Source: a virus (Duplodnaviria > Caudoviricetes). From it: 28,125 nt of DNA. Shown here one piece after another: positions 9,090 through 17,748 of the stretch. Both the position numbers and the translations under genes were made by a program. Location: positions 1 to 28,125 of the IMG/VR virus record IMGVR_UViG_3300044627_000999, one strand, 5' to 3'. Numbering within the stretch: the stretch's first letter is position 1; every line of letters starts with the position of its first letter. Below the pieces are notes generated by a model. That model made no database searches. It worked only from the letters and a program-made list of their open reading frames with translations, and was not told where the DNA came from.

Positions 9090-9473
9090 CTACTTAGATA
9101 ACTCTTTTACCACTTGGAGGATTTTATCTGGTTGTACCAAATAGCCCTTTGACGGATTAGGTTCTATATTACAGGTAATTGGATGACCATACAAGGTAAT
9201 GGCACGCCGTAAATGTTCTATTGGTACTATCAATACAGTTCCTTCTAATACAAATGCCCAGTACTCAGCCTTAGTTGAGGAGATACCAGATGGATACCAC
9301 TCACTATTATTGTGTGACCAACACACAGTTTCTATATATAAGTTGCCAGTATTTTTCCACTTTAAATCTGTTTTAACTTCTATGGTTTTACCATTAGTTA
9401 GTAGTTGATTAACTAACGACTCGCCTTCATGCCCTACTGATAAGTCTAAATCAAAGTCAGATAATTTACTCAT
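9090..9473 (-). CDS. Hypothetical protein with possible PD-(D/E)xK nuclease-like fold
   Basis: GHEGE...IEVKTD...TGNLYIE...SGISSTKAEYW; contains the E-x-K motif. Confidence 0.5.
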   Translation of the reverse strand: MSKLSDFDLDLSVGHEGESLVNQLLTNGKTIEVKTDLKWKNTGNLYIETVCWSHNNSEWYPSGISSTKAEYWAFVLEGTVLIVPIEHLRRAITLYGHPITCNIEPNPSKGYLVQPDKILQVVKELSK

Positions 9474-9741
9474 AGTTCACATCAACAAACATAGATGCAG
9501 GAAGAATTGTTTTACCAATTATTCCATGCTTACTTCTATGTCTATCCCTTTCATCTTTAGTAGTTCCTGCCCATATTCCATGGACTAGGTTATCTATTGC
9601 GTAATCATAGCACTCGACTCGTACTGGGCAAGTACTACAAATTCTTTTAACATGATTAAGATAAGGATAGTTACCTTTTTCTTCAGTAAAAAATAACTCT
9701 ACATCAATACCAGAACATGCTGGTGTATTACTAAATCTCAT
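9466..9741 (-). CDS. whiB: WhiB-family Fe-S transcription regulator
   Basis: Four cysteines (C...CxxC-x5-C), LFF, and the GIWAGTT turn followed by ER. Confidence 0.92.
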   Translation of the reverse strand: MRFSNTPACSGIDVELFFTEEKGNYPYLNHVKRICSTCPVRVECYDYAIDNLVHGIWAGTTKDERDRHRSKHGIIGKTILPASMFVDVNYE

Positions 9742-9902
9742 TATCCTCCTGTTGAATAAAAGCCACTTCCTTTAAAGTGTACTGGTGTAGAGGACCATAT
9801 ACGAATCATTAAATTTTTGCAAGAGGTACAAATAGGTGGATTAGAGTCAGTTGTTTCTATTACAATAACGCAAGTCTTGCATTCAAAATCATAGTATGGC
9901 AT
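9741..9902 (-). CDS. FmdB-like zinc-ribbon protein, 53 aa (not in ORF track)
   Basis: Manual translation MPYYDFECKTC...PICTSC...VHFKGSGFYSTGG; TAATG-coupled on both sides. Confidence 0.85.
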   Translation of the reverse strand: MPYYDFECKTCVIVIETTDSNPPICTSCKNLMIRIWSSTPVHFKGSGFYSTGG

Positions 9903-10141
9903 TAATCGCAATCCAATCCTATCTCATCTATTGGTGTAGGTAAAGTAACCAACGAGCCACAATTAACACACTCACCATCTAGAAAATAAAAGGCTATTTC
10001 TCCACTTTCAAAGGCTACTATAGCCGTAAATAATTCTGAACCACATAAACATATATCACCTATTGGATTGCCACGTAAGTCCATAGCATTACTGTAATCT
10101 TTCTTAAACAAATCTTTTATTTCTTTAGGCTCTTGTGTCAT
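9902..10141 (-). CDS. Hypothetical Cys-containing protein
   Basis: Likely start at 10141 (MTQEPKE); DLRG...CLCGS...ECVNCGSLVTLPTPID suggests zinc binding. Confidence 0.6.
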   Translation of the reverse strand: MTQEPKEIKDLFKKDYSNAMDLRGNPIGDICLCGSELFTAIVAFESGEIAFYFLDGECVNCGSLVTLPTPIDEIGLDCD

Positions 10142-10790
10142 CGTCTTCATCTTCTTCTTTAACATCTAAGTTATCTACATCATTATAGGTACGCCATCCA
10201 CCTAGATTTCTTATTAAAGAATTAACTGCACGTTCAACTCTCTTGCGTGCACCATCAGCAGATGTGTTTAATTCTTTGGCTAACTCACTCCACTCGGAGT
10301 TATCTGTCGTAAAACGTAGCCTTAAAATATTTTGTTTAGCCTCTGCTAACTGGTTGTAAGCCTTTTCTATATCTGACCTAAGAACTAACCAGTTATTTCC
10401 ATCTGTAACTTCACCTGATTTGCCGAACTGAAAGTTAAGGTCTTTAATTTTTGTTGGTATCTCGTAACTATCCGCCAGGATAGATGGCAAAAATGCTTCA
10501 ACAACTGAGGCATCGTAATAGTATAGGTCAACCATATCGTAACCAAACTTACGGGCTTTTTCTTGCTCACAATATTTTAGTGCAGCATTACGCAATGATT
10601 TTGCGATTAGTTTTTCTTTATCTTTAGGTGGTAACTTAGACCACTCTGTATATTTATTTGGATGGGTAACAAACCACATCCATAGAATTTGTTTTATATC
10701 TGCAGTTTCAACTATAGAATATTTTCTAGAATACTCTTGGGCAAGGGAGGATACAAGCAAATTATATTCTTGTACCCATGCCTCAGTCAT
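10125..10790 (-). CDS. RNA polymerase sigma-70-like factor
   Basis: Region-2-like ADIKQILWMWF...SLRNAALKYC and region-4 HTH LAEAKQNILRLRF...SELAKELNTSADGARKRVERAV. Confidence 0.75.
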   Translation of the reverse strand: MTEAWVQEYNLLVSSLAQEYSRKYSIVETADIKQILWMWFVTHPNKYTEWSKLPPKDKEKLIAKSLRNAALKYCEQEKARKFGYDMVDLYYYDASVVEAFLPSILADSYEIPTKIKDLNFQFGKSGEVTDGNNWLVLRSDIEKAYNQLAEAKQNILRLRFTTDNSEWSELAKELNTSADGARKRVERAVNSLIRNLGGWRTYNDVDNLDVKEEDEDDDTRA

Positions 10791-10793
10791 AAA

Positions 10794-11075
10794 TTAATCT
10801 GTGCCTTCCCATTGTCCTCTTTGTACCAATAGTCCTATTATAGCATAGTTAGCCAGGTCTATAAGGGTATCTTCAATGGATTCAAAATTGGGCGTGGCGT
10901 CCTTATCCGCTAGGTTATTTAGCCTAGCCAGTTTGTCATACATCCTCACACGCAATCCATTCATAGCACCGCCAGGAGCAAGGGCTATATTTAATGGCCC
11001 ATAATCCTCTTGTTTTCTCATCATAATACTACGCAGTTCGTTAAGTATTACATCAACATCACTTGGATTCTTCAT
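10794..11075 (-). CDS. DUF1599 / nucleotide-modification-associated domain 1 protein
   Basis: RKQEDYG, RMYDKLARL and ESIEDTLIDLANYAII motifs. Confidence 0.8.
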   Translation of the reverse strand: MKNPSDVDVILNELRSIMMRKQEDYGPLNIALAPGGAMNGLRVRMYDKLARLNNLADKDATPNFESIEDTLIDLANYAIIGLLVQRGQWEGTD

Positions 11076-11370
11076 CTAATATCTCCTTCATACTGGTATC
11101 AAACTGTTCCATTGCTGATACTACTTGTATTTCATCTGTAAATTGTTTGCCTTCTCCTATGCTACTAGCGTATATAACTGTAGCCAGAAGGGTAAGCATA
11201 CGCATAGCATCATCTGGTTCTTCTTTTATAACTAAATATATATCTCTTAATGCATTTAATATATCTAACCCTTGTCCGTCTGATATGGCAAGGCCAACCA
11301 TGCGTCTATTATCTCCTACAAAATCCCAAAATTCTTCATCATTGTCCCAAGCATTTTCGAATTCGCTCAT
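11059..11370 (-). CDS. Acidic hypothetical protein
   Basis: 103-aa ORF overlapping both neighbours in the operon. Confidence 0.6.
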   Translation of the reverse strand: MSEFENAWDNDEEFWDFVGDNRRMVGLAISDGQGLDILNALRDIYLVIKEEPDDAMRMLTLLATVIYASSIGEGKQFTDEIQVVSAMEQFDTSMKEILDEESK

Positions 11371-11971
11371 CTATCCATTCCCTTCCTTCTTGCACAATGA
11401 TACTGTTAACATCGTGTCCTTCTGGCATTTGTAATAAATTAACATTATGTAATTCTCTACTTAATCTTTTACCAAACTCTAACCCTGCGTTATCACCATC
11501 GGCTAATACAATTACTGTTTCAAAATCATCCAGTATTTTTGCATAGTATGGTCTCCAATTATTAACTCCAGGTATACCAACTGATGGATGTCCTGTCTTA
11601 ACTGATAGAACTACTGTGTCTAATTCACCTTCAGTTACACATACATAACTACCTGCTGTTAGTACTACTTGTGCATTAAACATTGTAGTCTTAGCCCCAG
11701 GTACACCCATATACTTAGGGTCTTCATGATTGTTTGTGCTTCTAAATCTTATATCAACCACACCTGATGGTGTGATGTAAGGGATTGCTAATCTATTTCT
11801 ATAAGCCTCATGACCTGGTAAAGGTTCTGCTACTACACCTAGATTAAAACTTCTGGCCTCTTCTACCGAGAGATGCCGAGTTGAAAGATACTCTTCTGCT
11901 AGATGAAGATGCTTTGCGTATTGGTCTGTTGCCTGTAAGAGATATGCTCTCTGCGAATTTGATAGCCTCAA
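11339..11971 (-). CDS. DNA primase, Toprim catalytic part
   Basis: RLAIPY, PKY, VTEGELD, VGIPG and LADGDNAG Toprim motifs; TTG start preceded by AAGGAGG. Confidence 0.9.
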   Translation of the reverse strand: MRLSNSQRAYLLQATDQYAKHLHLAEEYLSTRHLSVEEARSFNLGVVAEPLPGHEAYRNRLAIPYITPSGVVDIRFRSTNNHEDPKYMGVPGAKTTMFNAQVVLTAGSYVCVTEGELDTVVLSVKTGHPSVGIPGVNNWRPYYAKILDDFETVIVLADGDNAGLEFGKRLSRELHNVNLLQMPEGHDVNSIIVQEGREWIDERIRKCLGQ

Positions 11972-12185
11972 TATAATTACCTCCTTCTTTATACATTATT
12001 AAATCATATACATCACCTTGCACTTCGCAACCAAAACATTTAAATCTATTATCATCAAAGTTAATGGCTGCTGATGCATGTTTATCACCGTGAAATGGAC
12101 ACTTCATCTTGCGCCAACCATGCCCTACGGCTGGCAGGGTGGCGCCAAGTTGTTCTAAGTAGGCAGCAATACTGTGCTTATCCAT
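11844..12185 (-). CDS. DNA primase, CHC2 zinc-binding part
   Basis: CPFHGD...FKCFGC...GDVYDLI signature. Confidence 0.88.
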   Translation of the reverse strand: MDKHSIAAYLEQLGATLPAVGHGWRKMKCPFHGDKHASAAINFDDNRFKCFGCEVQGDVYDLIMYKEGGNYIEAIKFAESISLTGNRPIRKASSSSRRVSFNSASLGRRGQKF

Positions 12186-12247
12186 AACAACAATCCTATC
12201 AGTTCTTGTTGAAAAAATGTTAATAGTATTAATAATTCATTTATCAT
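12155..12247 (-). CDS. Possible 30-aa hydrophobic peptide (not in ORF track)
   Basis: MINELLILLTFFQQELIGLLLWISTVLLPT fills the gap between the resolvase and the primase; the RBS is weak. Confidence 0.35.
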   Translation of the reverse strand: MINELLILLTFFQQELIGLLLWISTVLLPT

Positions 12248-12578
12248 TTATAATTTTCCTAATTAATTCTATCCATATTTTTGCTGGCATTGTGGCATAC
12301 CATTCTCCTACATCTCCTTTACCTATTCGTTTATGTATAACTACACCTGTCCATGCTTCATCATTTTTAATTTCTACTTCTAGTTCTTTTACCCATGCGG
12401 ATAGGTCTAGTTTTATATGGTTTTTTACCTCTATAACTACACCATTAACTCCTGCTATATCCCCTTTGTCTAAGTGTGCACCTGCAATCCTACGTTCTAC
12501 ATAAGGGAACCATTTTTTTAACCAATTAACTACATCTCTTTCTGCACTAGAACCCTTTGCTTTGCGTGGATTGCTCAT
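12237..12578 (-). CDS. Holliday junction resolvase (Hjc-like)
   Basis: KAKGSSAERDV...DKGDI...IEVKN motif set. Confidence 0.8.
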   Translation of the reverse strand: MSNPRKAKGSSAERDVVNWLKKWFPYVERRIAGAHLDKGDIAGVNGVVIEVKNHIKLDLSAWVKELEVEIKNDEAWTGVVIHKRIGKGDVGEWYATMPAKIWIELIRKIINDK

Positions 12579-13393
12579 TCAAACTCCTGTTGTTGTGGCA
12601 TATAACGAATCACTACATCATCTAGATACATAGATTCTGGGTTGAATGCAAGAGTAACATAGTTGTTACCTGTTTGGTCTGCTTTACCATAGCGATTTTT
12701 AACTGCAGCAACGCAGAGATAATTCATATCTGCTTGTTTCATCTGACCAATAGTTAATACCATGGCTGGTATCTGATTAACTAATCCTTGGATAGATGAC
12801 CTTGGCTGACATGGACTACCTTCATATCCTTCTTTGGTATGGTGCAATACAAGTAGTGCTGCGTTTGTATCTCTGGCTAGATACTTAAGTTCTTTCATGG
12901 CTGCACGCATACCACCGAACTCATCGTGTCCATCCATTGCTATGTCCATTAAATTATCTACAACTATAAGTGCTGGACTTTTACCCCATATGGTTTCAAA
13001 TGCTGATACTTCTTCATCTAAATCTTTTAGTGTTGGGCTGGATTCAAAGCACCAAAACAAATGATTACCATTGGCTAATACTTCTTTTGCTTTTTCTGGT
13101 TGGCGTTTGATTAATTGTTCTGCTTGTTGTTGGCTAATGTTACCTGTCATTGCAATTAATCTCATAGCCATAGTGTGTGCATTAGTATCTGCGCTAAAGT
13201 AAAGAGTTGGTAGTTTAGTTTTAGCAGCAATTGCTAATGCAATTGATGATTTACCTGCACCTGGGGTGCCTGCTATTACTGTTACTTCTGCTCTGCGTAA
13301 TATAATTCCTGCGTTTTCAAATACTTTAAATACTGCAGGTAATGGTTCGCCACCCACATTAGTATTGTTAACACTTCTAATTAATGTTTTCAT
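12575..13393 (-). CDS. DnaB-like (SF4/RecA-fold) helicase lacking the N-terminal domain
   Basis: Walker A GTPGAGKS, Walker B IVVDNL, LHH and KNRYG motifs. Confidence 0.85.
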   Translation of the reverse strand: MKTLIRSVNNTNVGGEPLPAVFKVFENAGIILRRAEVTVIAGTPGAGKSSIALAIAAKTKLPTLYFSADTNAHTMAMRLIAMTGNISQQQAEQLIKRQPEKAKEVLANGNHLFWCFESSPTLKDLDEEVSAFETIWGKSPALIVVDNLMDIAMDGHDEFGGMRAAMKELKYLARDTNAALLVLHHTKEGYEGSPCQPRSSIQGLVNQIPAMVLTIGQMKQADMNYLCVAAVKNRYGKADQTGNNYVTLAFNPESMYLDDVVIRYMPQQQEFE

Positions 13394-13408
13394 TACTCTC
13401 CTTTATAG

Positions 13409-13443
13409 AAACGGGGACTGGCACCACTACTCAGTCCCCGTTT
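13409..13443 (-). terminator. 12-bp hairpin upstream of the helicase RBS (terminator or processing site)
   Basis: AAACGGGGACTG / CAGTCCCCGTTT perfect inverted repeat with only a short U tail. Confidence 0.55.
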
Positions 13444-13454
13444 GCTGTTAGATA

Positions 13455-13907
13455 CTAAGCGAAAATTGGCTTAGTTCTTTGCTCTGTTGGAATCTTTGGT
13501 CCAGTCCAACGAGGTCCTGCTGCTGGGTCATAAAACGCTTTGTATGGTTTGCCAGTTGCCTGTGCCTTGCCATACTTTAGAACCATTACTCCGCGTTCAC
13601 ATGTTGGTGCACCTGGCTTGTTGTATACCCAAGTGTTACCCCATTTATCTTCTACTGTTTCTTCTCCACCTGATTCTGTAGGTGAGATGTTTGAATTAAA
13701 ACTAGAAGCAATATCTGCTACGGACATTGGCTTACTTGCTGATGTCCCTTTAACTGCTAGTTCTACTTCAGTAACTGCATCGGTAATTGTATGTATACCT
13801 TGTGCAATCATGTCAGCAAATTGGTCTGCTGTATCTGCACGCAGAGTTATCTGTGTGCCTCCTGCTGTTTTGAGATTGATACTGATTGGTGATTCAGTGC
13901 TACTCAT
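13455..13907 (-). CDS. Hypothetical replication/recombination-associated protein
   Basis: ATG 13907 with AGGAG RBS; APTCERGVMVLKYG...TGKPYKAF; sits between the exonuclease and helicase as in other actinophages. Confidence 0.6.
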   Translation of the reverse strand: MSSTESPISINLKTAGGTQITLRADTADQFADMIAQGIHTITDAVTEVELAVKGTSASKPMSVADIASSFNSNISPTESGGEETVEDKWGNTWVYNKPGAPTCERGVMVLKYGKAQATGKPYKAFYDPAAGPRWTGPKIPTEQRTKPIFA

Positions 13908-13914
13908 TTTTCTC

Positions 13915-14679
13915 CTATTCAAATGTAGTGGTTAAACCTTTTTGGTCTCTCCACTTTCTTGCTTTTATGGCTAATTGTAAACCTTTCCAGCCCTCTTTAA
14001 TATCTATCCACACTAACTTACATGTTCCAGTTCCTGCGGGTAGATGGATAATGATAGCCTTATCTTTGTTTACTTCGCCCCATGTGCCACGGGTTGCCGT
14101 TGCACTATCATACGGCAAGCCGTTAGCATAGATAGCCAACTGTATTGCGATATTACTTGGATGGTCTATGCGACCAGTCTTTATATCTGCAATAAATAAC
14201 TCACCGTTATACTCAACAAGCCTGTCTGGTGTGCCAGCAATTTTATATTTGTCTAACACACTGAACTGTTCAATGAACCGCTTGTTAAGAATCTTTGTTG
14301 CATGTTCATAGGCTTTAACATCTGGTGCCCATTCATCTGGCACCACACCTAAGTCTTGTCCTAAATCTAATCGTTCAGCAAATGAATGGATTGCTGTGCC
14401 TATGTTGGCTGCTTTGTTTGCTCCTGCTACTTGCATAGCATCTTCAATCAAAGAGTTAACTGCTAACTTATCATCTTGTGCTGCTGTTATTGATAACAAT
14501 ATATCTGGTCGTGTAGTTAAACCAATTGCAGCCATCCGCATTTTCCATGCAGTTAATGCTGAAGCATCATCTAATGAGTTGGCAATAGTAGTTGCCCTTG
14601 TATAAGCCACTGGTTTACCACCTGATGGTGGAACTATTAGTGGTCTACCGTACCTATCTCTATCTATTTCTTGCGCCAT
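13915..14679 (-). CDS. PD-(D/E)xK (Cas4/RecB-like) exonuclease
   Basis: GTAIHSFAE, IAGTPDRL, IADIKTG and QLAIYA motifs. Confidence 0.85.
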   Translation of the reverse strand: MAQEIDRDRYGRPLIVPPSGGKPVAYTRATTIANSLDDASALTAWKMRMAAIGLTTRPDILLSITAAQDDKLAVNSLIEDAMQVAGANKAANIGTAIHSFAERLDLGQDLGVVPDEWAPDVKAYEHATKILNKRFIEQFSVLDKYKIAGTPDRLVEYNGELFIADIKTGRIDHPSNIAIQLAIYANGLPYDSATATRGTWGEVNKDKAIIIHLPAGTGTCKLVWIDIKEGWKGLQLAIKARKWRDQKGLTTTFE

Positions 14680-14681
14680 GT

Positions 14682-14735
14682 TCTCCTTTATGAGTCAGCC
14701 CTGAGAAAGGAGATAGCCGAAACCAGGGCTGCTCA
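14682..14735 (-). promoter_or_regulatory. Structured leader with an anti-Shine-Dalgarno loop upstream of the exonuclease
   Basis: Stem CAGCCCTG/CAGGGCTG; the loop contains TCTCCTTT, complementary to the gene's own AAAGGAGA RBS. Confidence 0.55.
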
Positions 14736-14753
14736 AGATTAGTATATCACATA

Positions 14754-15200
14754 CTAGGCTTCAGGATAGCACGACTCTACCATGAGGTCGTCTACCCATA
14801 CATCGCCATCAACTGTTAGGTTGATTTCAAATGCATCTTCAAGGATTTCCCTGGCTGCATCTGCATTAGGCGCTTCTATACCTGTAACTGTGGCTGTGAT
14901 AGTTACTGTTGCTGACCATGACTTAGTTAGTTCGTCAGTACCTATGTCTTTAAGTAACTCATTGACATCATCTACTTCGGCTACGATTTCTGATTGGTCT
15001 GTTTCATATCTAGCCTGAAAGAACTCTCTAACATCATACTTAAGGCTGAGTAGTTTGCGTTCTAATTGTGCTAGTTCTGTTCTGTATGCTTCATCTTTAT
15101 TGATTGTATCTATTAAAGATTGATTAGTAAATGTGTAGTTGTTACCATTTATCTCAATAGATACTGTTGGTTCAGCACCATCTACTTCTACATATCTCAT
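14754..15200 (-). CDS. Acidic hypothetical protein
   Basis: 148-aa ORF with AGGAG RBS. Confidence 0.7.
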   Translation of the reverse strand: MRYVEVDGAEPTVSIEINGNNYTFTNQSLIDTINKDEAYRTELAQLERKLLSLKYDVREFFQARYETDQSEIVAEVDDVNELLKDIGTDELTKSWSATVTITATVTGIEAPNADAAREILEDAFEINLTVDGDVWVDDLMVESCYPEA

Positions 15201-15209
15201 TGTTATCTC

Positions 15210-15476
15210 CTATTCTTGTAGTAACCACGGGTCTAAGTGGTAACCTTCCACGATGGCGTGGGCAGGCGCTGAACTCTGGCCACGCCAGAGAACTCCACTT
15301 GGTAGTTCTATCATTCTATTATAACACTCTTCATTACATGCTTCAATAGCGTATATGCAAGGTTGCACCATAGATACTGGAACCATTGGATAATGGTTGT
15401 GTCGTAGATGTAATTTAATTTGGTATTTTAAATCTGTATCAGAACTGGCTAGTTCTGTAGCAAAAGTTCTACCCAT
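15210..15476 (-). CDS. Hypothetical protein
   Basis: 88 aa, TAATG-coupled; HLRHNHYP ... HLDPWL. Confidence 0.65.
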   Translation of the reverse strand: MGRTFATELASSDTDLKYQIKLHLRHNHYPMVPVSMVQPCIYAIEACNEECYNRMIELPSGVLWRGQSSAPAHAIVEGYHLDPWLLQE

Positions 15477-15637
15477 TATCTCACCTTGATTGATGTCTGT
15501 AGATGAGTAGCACCTTCTGCTTTGTCGCAGTCATTACACCAATAACCATATAGACCATTGGCAAACAATGATTCTGATACCACTCGTTTTTCTTTTCTAC
15601 ACACATTACATTCTTTTATTGCAGATATTATACTCAT
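15476..15637 (-). CDS. 53-aa zinc-finger-like protein (not in ORF track)
   Basis: Manual translation MSIISAIKECNVCRKE...YWCNDCDKAE...KVR; two CxxC motifs; TAATG-coupled on both sides. Confidence 0.7.
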   Translation of the reverse strand: MSIISAIKECNVCRKEKRVVSESLFANGLYGYWCNDCDKAEGATHLQTSIKVR

Positions 15638-16626
15638 TATGATACCAATAATTCAAGTGCTCTAGATTTAATGCCATCATTACGACCAGCCATTGTGCTA
15701 ACTGCAAGGTTCTTACCTTTAGCATTGTAATCAGCCCACTCTACAACTGCGTGCCACATACCAAACTCTGTGTTCTGTATGTTTTCTTGTGTAGGTGAGG
15801 CTGCATATATATCAAACACTTTTGCTCTGGCTGAAACTGCGTTTGTATACTGTCTTTTCTCTGGCTTAGATAACATATCATAAGGAACTTCTTCTATTTT
15901 AGAAGGTAATGGAAATACTTTCTTGAAGTAGTTCTTAGCATGTTCGTGACTAGCCTTTTTATCTAGTAGGTAGTTAGCCAAATCTGTATAGTCATTAGCC
16001 ATATCATAGGTTAGTTGTATGATGTTGGCTATCTCTGATACTGATAGCACTGCATTACTTGTATGACTTAAACTATAAGTATACTTGTTTTTATTTTTGT
16101 ATATTTTATTAACTTGATTCATACAAAACAATCGTTCAATTACTGGTTTGATTAGCACTGAACTGCTGCCATCATGACTAGTTCTGGCTAGTAAGAAGGC
16201 TGAGTGTGGGTCATTAGCAATAGTCATTTCTAATGGAGTTTCCATTAGCATCCATACTTTTGCACCACCATCATACTCACCTGCTGCTGCATATCTAAGA
16301 CCACTAGAATCAATTAAGTTATCTAATGCTCCAAAGATTTCTGCATTCTGAAATACTTTATAGCGGTTACCTACTACACCAATGGCTGATGTTTCACCGA
16401 AAGGTGTTGTTTTGATTACTGCTTTTTTATCTGTTACTGGTATGCGATTAACTGTATCGCTACCTGGTATTTGATAATTAGCATCTATATCATGTAATGA
16501 AACTGTCCAGTCTAGTCCTGCTTGACTGGCTACTTCACTGGCTGATGTTGCTTCGACTGCAACGCCTGCTTTATTCCAGGCTGCTGCTCTAGTCTTGCCG
16601 TGTATAACTTCTTTAGTTGTTGTCAT
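15637..16626 (-). CDS. DUF932 family protein
   Basis: AGLDWTV, GVVGNRYKVFQN, GGAKVWML, SHDGSSS, RLFCMNQ and HTSN motifs. Confidence 0.85.
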   Translation of the reverse strand: MTTTKEVIHGKTRAAAWNKAGVAVEATSASEVASQAGLDWTVSLHDIDANYQIPGSDTVNRIPVTDKKAVIKTTPFGETSAIGVVGNRYKVFQNAEIFGALDNLIDSSGLRYAAAGEYDGGAKVWMLMETPLEMTIANDPHSAFLLARTSHDGSSSVLIKPVIERLFCMNQVNKIYKNKNKYTYSLSHTSNAVLSVSEIANIIQLTYDMANDYTDLANYLLDKKASHEHAKNYFKKVFPLPSKIEEVPYDMLSKPEKRQYTNAVSARAKVFDIYAASPTQENIQNTEFGMWHAVVEWADYNAKGKNLAVSTMAGRNDGIKSRALELLVS

Positions 16627-17167
16627 TATCTATCTCCTCTACATCTATAGCATAAATTGTATCTATAACTTTTGGATGTAATGATTGAGCCATCTTTGTA
16701 AACTCTTCTGGTGCCCAGTTTGCATCAAATACTCTGCGTAATAATTTTGCTAGTGGATAATCTGGTTGAGTATTTAATACATCAACCAACATTAAATCAG
16801 CGTTAAGTATTTGGTTAGTCTGATACAAATATCCAGCAAAGATTGTGGCTAATGGGATTGCTTTATCTTTAACAATAACATTACCAAGTAGTGATACATA
16901 CTCACCTATATAATCAATATCTTTTTCTAGGTGAACACCCATAATAAAGTCACGGATTTGTAGGTTCTCATTAGTAGCAATGGCTACCTCTGCTATATGT
17001 GTAGCCGTAGGCATAATTCCATCTGCTACATCATCAATTGCTTTACGAATATCCTCAACAATACGGACATTTGTATCACGGTCATATGGATTGTATGTTC
17101 CTTCTTGTTTAGTTAACTCTTGTTTTACTTCATTACGAAGTGCATCTAAGTTATCTAGGTCTATCAT
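16613..17167 (-). CDS. DUF4192-like protein (C-terminal part of the family)
   Basis: IRDFIMG ... QPDYPLAKLLRRVF...WAPEEF resembles the end of actinobacterial DUF4192 proteins. Confidence 0.55.
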   Translation of the reverse strand: MIDLDNLDALRNEVKQELTKQEGTYNPYDRDTNVRIVEDIRKAIDDVADGIMPTATHIAEVAIATNENLQIRDFIMGVHLEKDIDYIGEYVSLLGNVIVKDKAIPLATIFAGYLYQTNQILNADLMLVDVLNTQPDYPLAKLLRRVFDANWAPEEFTKMAQSLHPKVIDTIYAIDVEEIDNDNN

Positions 17168-17217
17168 TTTATCTCCTTTGTTTGAGGGCGCTTCGCCCCT
17201 ATTGGCGGCGCCCGATA

Positions 17218-17646
17218 CTATAGATACTGGGCTATTGAATTGTATGTAGATGTTGACACAACTTCTTCATCAGTAAGTTTAAGAATACGAAGTGCATTTT
17301 CAATCTCATCTACTGTATCTTTATATGTATGTGCAAGCATAACTTGATATGTACGCTCAGGTTCTTTAGGAAACTCTGATTCATTAACACTTAAATCAAA
17401 GTCAACATTAAGTGTTGATGCCCAACCACGGTAGTTGGTGCGTAGATTTACAGCCTTTGCTACATTATCCATGGCAAATTTTATAACTTCTTCTCTCCAT
17501 TTGTCCATAGATTTTTGGTATTTGGCTTCAAGTTCATCTTGTATTTTGTATTCAGCCTTGATTACTTCGAGTCTATTTTCTAATGCTTTGATTACCTTTT
17601 GTGTAGGTATCTTTACATTAATTGTCCTGCCATTTCCTCTTGCCAT
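17218..17646 (-). CDS. Hypothetical helical protein
   Basis: Likely start ATG 17646 (MARGNGRT) after an AAAGGAGA RBS; the ORF-track extension to 17700 runs through a structured leader. Confidence 0.7.
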   Translation of the reverse strand: MARGNGRTINVKIPTQKVIKALENRLEVIKAEYKIQDELEAKYQKSMDKWREEVIKFAMDNVAKAVNLRTNYRGWASTLNVDFDLSVNESEFPKEPERTYQVMLAHTYKDTVDEIENALRILKLTDEEVVSTSTYNSIAQYL

Positions 17647-17668
17647 TGTATCTCCTTTGTTAGTTGAT

Positions 17669-17702
17669 GTCCCGTGTTCGCAGATGGCGGGACCACCCAT
17701 CT
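17669..17702 (-). promoter_or_regulatory. Predicted H-type RNA pseudoknot
   Basis: Minus strand AGATGG-GTG-GTCCCG-CCATCT-GCGAACA-CGGGAC gives two crossing 6-bp stems. Confidence 0.55.
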
Positions 17703-17703
17703 C

Positions 17704-17748
17704 AAAAAGAATTACTAATCGGAAGGCTATGGATAAACCATTAGTAAC
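17704..17748 (-). terminator. Probable intrinsic terminator after the transglycosylase gene
   Basis: Minus strand TTACTAAT...ATTAGTAA stem followed by TTCTTTTT. Confidence 0.5.

Noticed and set aside
13915-14679. Cas4-like gene as a sign of CRISPR-Cas
   Set aside because: No array or other cas genes; stand-alone nucleases of this type are normal phage recombination genes.
17669-17703. Resemblance to the ends of the HDV ribozyme (UGGUCCC...GCGAA...GGGAC)
   Set aside because: There is no sequence for P3, P1.1 or P4 between the stems, so it fits only a simple pseudoknot.
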